A DNA stretch of 64,000 nt, taken from Candidatus Omnitrophota bacterium (lineage in GTDB: Bacteria; Omnitrophota; Gorgyraeia; Zapsychrales; Fredricksoniimonadaceae). This document shows positions 62,880 through 64,000 of this stretch, piece by piece. The stretch covers positions 65,049 to 129,048 of the forward strand of contig JBGAJA010000006.1 in the NCBI GenBank assembly GCA_044225175.1. The letters are read 5' to 3'. Position numbers and translations under genes: made by a program. The notes under the pieces are model-generated. The model had not been told where the DNA came from, searched no databases, and saw nothing but the letters and a program-made list of their open reading frames with translations. Position 1 is the stretch's first letter. The number at the start of each line of letters is the position of its first letter.

Positions 62880-64000
62880 ATGGGTGGATTTGTTTATAAA
62901 CTCGAATACTGTTGCGGTTAAAGATTTCAGTGTAGCGGTCATCTTGGGTGGCCTCGTTAGTATCCAAAATCATATACTCGCCTTTACGTGGATCACTTAA
63001 TAGAAAATAGTCTCTTCTACTTGAAAAATACCCTGCTAGATATTTAGGAATGCTGACAGATGCTTCTTTTGGAATCAAAAGGGCAGCTTCATTTAATGTT
63101 TTAGTGTAAATTTTGTTCTCTTTTAGGCTTAAATAATCACTCCAAAGAAAGAAATGGCTCACTGTGCATACTAGTAAGAACCAGGAAAGAGTTGTTTGAA
63201 TCTTATGGAGAGGAAGTTTAAATTTATTGAGTAAATTTAAAGAGAGCTTGCTAACGGTAGCCGCGCAGGCAATGATCAGGAAACAGCTTATGATGATGTT
63301 ATAGTGCCATGTAGGATATATTAATGGACGAGATGCTAAGAGATTAATAAGTAGTTCTGGCAATCCGATAAGAAAAATCACAGAACCAAAGGGAAGGAAC
63401 ACGATTAAAGGTGACAAAAGGAGGTAAACTAAACAAAACTTATTCCATTGTCCTAAATTTGTCTCCTTTAGCCCCAAAATTATATTATTGAGTATAGAAG
63501 TGTCAGCATGGGTGAAGTTTCTTTTAATTTCAACAATCAACCACGCTGGAGCCGGATCAACATTATAAATCATTTGAAAATGAGACATGATCCACAGTGA
63601 AAAAAAGGCCCAGAAGATTCCTAGAATAATAGGAGTTAAAATCCATTCTTTTTGTCGTCTCAACACGAGAGCATAGAGCCCAAGCATGACCGAGATAATG
63701 GCTAGATGCTCCTTAACGCTTAGGGATATCAATAGAAAAAGAATAAACTCCCTGAATTTACTCTTTAAGAAGAAATAAAAGCAGAATAGCAGAAAAGGAG
63801 GCAGAAATACCATTTCATGAGGTGCATTAAAGTTTTGTCCAACTATAAAGGGAAAGAATAAATAACTAATTGAGAAAAGTAGAGCAGCTTTTTCATTAAG
63901 AAAATGCTTAGCAACAAGAAAAAAAGGGAAAGCGGAGAATCCTATAAAACATGTTTTAAGTATAAGAAGTGTTTGAGGGGATGGGTACAGTGCGTACAAT
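62878..64000 (-). CDS. DUF2079 family GT-C-like membrane protein, 5'-truncated by window edge
   Basis: P..LL.L, N...HE, L.VKE, L...WHY, A..LIP.EASVS motifs; multi-TM. Confidence 0.7.
   Translation of the reverse strand, partial: LYALYPSPQTLLILKTCFIGFSAFPFFLVAKHFLNEKAALLFSISYLFFPFIVGQNFNAPHEMVFLPPFLLFCFYFFLKSKFREFILFLLISLSVKEHLAIISVMLGLYALVLRRQKEWILTPIILGIFWAFFSLWIMSHFQMIYNVDPAPAWLIVEIKRNFTHADTSILNNIILGLKETNLGQWNKFCLVYLLLSPLIVFLPFGSVIFLIGLPELLINLLASRPLIYPTWHYNIIISCFLIIACAATVSKLSLNLLNKFKLPLHKIQTTLSWFLLVCTVSHFFLWSDYLSLKENKIYTKTLNEAALLIPKEASVSIPKYLAGYFSSRRDYFLLSDPRKGEYMILDTNEATQDDRYTEIFNRNSIRVYKQIHP

Noticed and set aside
250-62921. Numerous 60-118 aa ORFs nested in or antisense to long genes
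   Set aside because: They are shadows of well-supported genes, with no recognisable motifs or independent translation signals.

Overview
AT-rich bacterial chromosomal window from a diderm (LptFG, TonB-ExbBD, OM beta-barrel). The gene mix and the family of large secreted proteins suggest Candidatus Omnitrophota or a related PVC lineage; this is inference, not a database result. Left to right it holds: an iron-uptake operon (piuC-like, PepSY-TM, exbB-exbD-tonB, an unannotated 41-aa Cys-rich membrane peptide, two-domain feoA, feoB, OM barrel with a Fur-like box); tsaE-tsaB-alr; lptGF-comF; pyrE-maf-M48 peptidase-DUF192-two-component pair; a ~15 kb surface-glycosylation cluster (GT2, GT-C, methyl- and acyltransferases); lpdA-aceF-aceE; tRNA-Leu(CAG); glycogen genes (glgB, GH57, malQ); dsbA/doxX-like genes; rodA; and a type IV pilus/T2SS locus with two PilB ATPases flanked by stand-alone MshEN proteins. 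The most striking element is a pair of paralogous large secreted proteins (1740 aa and 1352 aa). They share a conserved ~370-aa N-terminal domain and a short C-terminal GGIDL domain but carry unrelated central cargo modules bounded by a recurring D/N-x-A-M/L motif. One carries two related tandem-repeat arrays (8 x 73 aa, 5 x ~81 aa) with hypervariable polar positions, reminiscent of TALE/PPR-like modular readers. Several families of small palindromic DNA elements occur both between genes and inserted in frame inside proteins.
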